10,285 nt of DNA, taken from the IMG/VR virus record IMGVR_UViG_2531839374_000022; one strand, 5' to 3'. Both the position numbers and the translations under genes were made by a program. This DNA comes from a virus. Lineage: Duplodnaviria; Heunggongvirae; Uroviricota; Caudoviricetes. Below, piece after piece: positions 7,535 through 10,285 of the stretch; positions within the stretch are counted from its first letter, which is position 1, and the number at the start of each line of letters is the position of its first letter. Below the pieces are notes generated by a model. It ran no database searches, had not been told where the DNA came from, and saw nothing but the letters and a program-made list of their open reading frames with translations.

Positions 7535-7857
7535 TTTTTTGCCCGTCCATATTCAACGGCTTCTTTGAGGAGTTCATTTTCCATCGTTTTCTTGCCGAGC
7601 AGGCGCTGGAGTTCTTTAATCTGCTTCATGGCGGCAGCAAGTTCAGAGGCAGGAACAACCTGTTCTCCGGCGGCCACAGCAGTAAGACTTCCTTCCTGGT
7701 ATTGCTTACGCCAGAGAAATAACTGGCTGGCTGCTACACCATGTTGCCGGGCAACGAGGGAGACCGTCATCCCCGGTTCAAAGCTCTGCTGAACAATTGC
7801 GATCTTTTCCTGTGTGGTACGCCGTCTGCGTTTCTCCGGCCCTAAGACATCAATCAT
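7492..7857 (-). CDS. insC: IS2 transposase OrfA (InsC)
   Basis: Track ORF 7492..7902 has an upstream GTG extension; the canonical InsC start [26 protein letters not shown]... is the ATG at 7857. Confidence 0.95.
7534..7541 (-). other. Probable IS2 -1 programmed ribosomal frameshift site (A6G slippery run) in the insC/insD overlap
   Basis: Minus strand reads GGGCAAAAAAGTGG in the InsC/InsD overlap (plus ccactttttt gcccg at about 7531-7545). Frameshifting at an A6G motif is established for IS2/IS3-family elements; the exact position here is by eye. Confidence 0.5.
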
Positions 7858-7948
7858 CTGTACTCCAATGACTAGTCTAAAAACTAGTATTAAGACTATC
7901 ACTTATTTAAGTGATACTGGTTGTCTGGAGATTCAGGGGGCCAGTCTA

Positions 7949-7953
7949 CGGGT
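7949..7953. repeat. IS2 target-site duplication, right copy (CGGGT)
   Basis: CGGGT immediately outside the IS2 end at 7948, identical to 6613-6617. Confidence 0.8.
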
Positions 7954-7962
7954 ATTTAATGG

Positions 7963-8025
7963 CGTGCACGCTCAAAAAGGAATGATCGTATTTTTTACTA
8001 TCGTGATAGTAAAATTTACTATCAC
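7963..8025. promoter_or_regulatory. Operator-like palindrome cluster between the orphan gene and IS2/alpA
   Basis: Perfect 10-bp palindrome GCGTGCACGC (7963-7972); inverted repeat TACTATC-gt-GATAGTA (7996-8011) with a third half-site TACTATCAC (8017-8025). On the plus strand GTGATAGTAAA / TTTACTATCAC can pair and is followed by CTTTTTTT (8026-8033), so the same sequence could act as a plus-strand terminator. Confidence 0.35.
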
Positions 8026-8870
8026 CTTTTTTTCCCTGCCGTGGTGCGTTCTTCCGGTGTTCTGTCTGTGTCGGCTATGAGTTTCTTCAGGTAATCTATG
8101 GATGGCTCATCATAGCCGCCCCCCAAAAGCGCCCAGTGGTTTATTGTGGCGTTCGCCCATGCTTCGTTGGTTTCCTTCCCGTTCTTCCCTTTACACTCTT
8201 CTGGGTAGTGCCGCTTCACATAAATCAACGCCAAGAGGCAAATTTCGCGCTTTTGCCTGTGGCGCTCTCTGTTTCCGTGCTCAACGTTTTTAACATCCTC
8301 ATAAAGAGCTTGTAAGTTTATGCGAGTTTCGGGGCTGTATATGGGCTGGTTTTTGTCCATGCATTCGCCGATATATTCAACCCACGGCCTTGTTATGTAC
8401 AAATCCTCTACGGATATTTCGTGGAAGGCATGTTTTGTATAATCGAGAAAAAAATAATAATTCGCACTTACGTCTAGTTCTCTTTTTCTGTGTGCGGGGC
8501 TGAATATGCGTGCGGGAGTGTCAATAGAATCAAGCCCTGCGATGTCGAGTATATAGGAGGCGTTAACATGCCATAGCCCAAGCACATGGCAATCTATATG
8601 ATTTACAACGCCTGCCTTAAAGCTTTTTTCGTCCTCTACTTCAGTGATTATGTCGGCAAGTAATAAGCAGTCTTCTTTGACGTCTGGGAATAAAGAGCAA
8701 TTGCGGTAAAGACTCGCGATGCTATGTAATGTGCCGTCGTAGCCGCAAAGGTACGCGCTCAAATATATAGATTCTGCCGCCGCCATAATCAAAAGATCAT
8801 CAATATCTATTTCTAATAATTCGGCTGCTCTGTTAAGCCTGAAAAAAGGGGCGGGTGGTAATTTTTTCAT
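8022..8870 (-). CDS. Hypothetical protein (282 aa), AT-rich orphan cargo gene between the integrase and alpA
   Basis: Track ORF; ATG at 8870 preceded by AGGTGA Shine-Dalgarno. The DNA is visibly more AT-rich than the rest of the window (long A/T runs; exact GC not computed). N-terminus FFRLNRAAELLEIDIDDLL is weakly helix-turn-helix-like; no catalytic motif recognised. Confidence 0.65.
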   Translation of the reverse strand: MKKLPPAPFFRLNRAAELLEIDIDDLLIMAAAESIYLSAYLCGYDGTLHSIASLYRNCSLFPDVKEDCLLLADIITEVEDEKSFKAGVVNHIDCHVLGLWHVNASYILDIAGLDSIDTPARIFSPAHRKRELDVSANYYFFLDYTKHAFHEISVEDLYITRPWVEYIGECMDKNQPIYSPETRINLQALYEDVKNVEHGNRERHRQKREICLLALIYVKRHYPEECKGKNGKETNEAWANATINHWALLGGGYDEPSIDYLKKLIADTDRTPEERTTAGKKR

Positions 8871-8965
8871 TGCGTCACCTTTTACGCTGCGCCTTATTTT
8901 GTGATTGAGCCAGGCGGTAAGGCTTCCCGCTTTTCGCCCCGTCGAGCTAGGCTCAATCTATTCAG

Positions 8966-10285
8966 TTAGTTCGCCCTTCTGAGAGGCGTTACGTTGTAGT
9001 CTTTTCCGCTTTCCAGTGCCACCAGCAGATCAGCCCACTGTGCCAGTGCTGCTTTACGCTCATCAAAATACTGATGGCGGTTATAAATCCCCTCTACGCC
9101 CTTAATGCGATGATTGAGGCATCGTTCCGCCACAACAGGATCAACACCCAACGCTGCTAAATGAGTACGTGCGGTGCGTCGAAAGTCGTGAATCGTGAAA
9201 TTAGGCACATCCGGCATTTCGGCGCGAACCTTAGCCAGTGCTACGGGTAAAGTGCTTTCCTGAATATGTGGGATCATTCTGTTTTGCATCTTCCTGGCCG
9301 GAAGCACCCATGCGCTATTACATGAAAAGGTGTGTAGCTCTCTCAACCATTCAACGGCTGGGGAAGGTAGAGGTATATCAATAGGGTCTCCGTTTTTGCT
9401 GCGTTCTTCCGGCAAATGCCATACCGCACCATCTAAATCAAACTCTTCCCATCGTGCGGCGCATAATTCCATTTTGCGGACGCATAACGCTAACAGTAAT
9501 TTGAACGTGATTTCGTTCTGGCGACTGAATCCCTTAGCCGTGCGCATGGCTTTGAATAGCTGGATTAACTCATCGCGGGTTAACCAGCGGTCACGGGCAG
9601 CTTCTTTCCCTCCGGCGTCTGCCACCTCAAAGGCTGAACAGGGGTTAATCTCTAGCGCGTGCCGTTTGATTCCGTAGTCGAATATGCGGCGCGTCCATCT
9701 CAGCACGTCCGTTGCTATGGTCGGCGCTCCACGGTCAACAATACCTTTCAGCATGTCATCGATATGGCGCGGTTTCACGTCCTCTACCTTCATGCTGCCA
9801 ATGCAGGGGTTTATATCTTTGTCGATACGGCGGCGGAGTATATCGGGGTGCTTCCAGCGCGGGAGGATCTGACGCTCAAAGTATTCAGCGGCAAGCTCTG
9901 AAACGCGCATAGCGTTCTTCTCTGCTTCCATCTTCGCCAGTGCTTCGGTTTTGCGCTTCTGCTTCTCTCCTGCAACGTCATAGCCCAGCGCAACGCGAGC
10001 CGATAGCTCTTTGGCTGTCTCTCTGGCCTTTGATAGTGATAGCTCGCTATACGAACCAATTAGCATGGCGCGGGACTTCCCTGCGAGTTTATAGCGGAAT
10101 CTCCATGTGGGGGTTTTGTCGGCTTCACGGTAACGTAGGTATAAACCGTTACCGTCTGCCCGCCCCTCGAATCGCTCTCCGCTCTTAATCCATGCGCGGA
10201 TCTGCATGTCTGTTAGTTTTGGCATTTTGCGAATATCCAAACTTTGAATAGGGGGTGTACCCAAAGCAATGTACCCAAACCTCAT
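8966..10285 (-). CDS. int: Tyrosine-type site-specific integrase, P4-like family (N-terminal arm-binding domain + catalytic domain)
   Basis: Track ORF of 439 aa reaching the window edge. N-terminal GNGLYLRYREADKTPTWRFRYKLAGKSRAMLIGSY matches the P4-type arm-binding (DUF4102-like) pattern; C-terminal HDFRRTARTHLAALG...NHRIKGVEGIYNRHQY carries the R/H-x-x-R/Y catalytic signature. A more typical start is the internal ATG at 10225 (MPKLTDMQIRAWIK...). Confidence 0.9.
   Translation of the reverse strand: MRFGYIALGTPPIQSLDIRKMPKLTDMQIRAWIKSGERFEGRADGNGLYLRYREADKTPTWRFRYKLAGKSRAMLIGSYSELSLSKARETAKELSARVALGYDVAGEKQKRKTEALAKMEAEKNAMRVSELAAEYFERQILPRWKHPDILRRRIDKDINPCIGSMKVEDVKPRHIDDMLKGIVDRGAPTIATDVLRWTRRIFDYGIKRHALEINPCSAFEVADAGGKEAARDRWLTRDELIQLFKAMRTAKGFSRQNEITFKLLLALCVRKMELCAARWEEFDLDGAVWHLPEERSKNGDPIDIPLPSPAVEWLRELHTFSCNSAWVLPARKMQNRMIPHIQESTLPVALAKVRAEMPDVPNFTIHDFRRTARTHLAALGVDPVVAERCLNHRIKGVEGIYNRHQYFDERKAALAQWADLLVALESGKDYNVTPLRRAN

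Larger units (their letters stand above)
6618..7948 (-). mobile_element. IS2 (IS3 family), complete, about 1331 bp, transposase reading on the minus strand
   Basis: Both ends match remembered IS2 termini: TGGATTTGCCCCTATATTTCCAGACATCTGTTATCACTTAA at 6618 onward (right end) and ...TTAAGTGATACTGGTTGTCTGGAGATTCAGGGGGCCAGTCTA ending at 7948 (left end, reverse complement). Contains intact InsC and InsD reading frames and is flanked by a 5-bp direct repeat CGGGT. Confidence 0.95.

Noticed and set aside
7058-7792. ORFs inside IS2: 7058..7489 (+), 7168..7461 (-), 7522..7722 (+), 7565..7792 (+)
   Set aside because: IS2 is known to encode only InsC/InsD (OrfA/OrfB); these overlap them out of frame or antisense.
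7814-8293. Plus-strand ORFs 7814..8080 and 8102..8293
   Set aside because: The first spans the IS2 end and the palindromic intergenic region; the second is antisense to the 282-aa gene. No ribosome-binding sites.
9330-10188. Plus-strand ORFs 9330..9677, 9659..9901, 9684..9872, 9712..9912, 9940..10188 and minus-strand ORF 9811..10059 within the integrase
   Set aside because: All nested in the integrase gene, which has clear family motifs in its own frame.
1-10285. CRISPR arrays, tRNA/tmRNA genes, rRNA
   Set aside because: No regularly spaced repeat array and no tRNA-like cloverleaf or T-loop signature was seen; the attachment site and any flanking tRNA presumably lie outside the window.

Overview
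Every convincing gene in this window is on the minus strand, and together they read right-to-left as one integrative element of the P4-satellite / PICI type. Order (5' to 3' on the minus strand): tyrosine integrase (8966-10285) -> AT-rich orphan gene (8022-8870) -> intact IS2 with a 5-bp target-site duplication (6618-7948) -> AlpA/Vis-family regulator (6370-6573) -> hypothetical protein -> AntA-like antirepressor -> small ORF -> structured non-coding leader with an intrinsic terminator (about 4445-4710) -> seven small translationally coupled ORFs -> P4 alpha-type primase/helicase (1-2433). No sid/delta/psu, cos, tRNA or CRISPR sequence is present. The three observations I rank highest are: (1) the structured leader, which has the seqA/seqB/seqC layout of a P4 CI / P1 C4 antisense-RNA immunity region; (2) the AT-rich 282-aa orphan gene in the integrase-proximal cargo slot, the best candidate for an undescribed accessory or defence function; (3) the IS2 insertion 44 bp upstream of alpA, which cuts the regulator off from its operator-rich upstream region. 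All calls rest on reading the sequence and the supplied ORF track, with family assignments from remembered motifs; no searches or computations were run. Coordinates I derived by hand (repeats, hairpins, IS boundaries) may be off by 1-2 bp.
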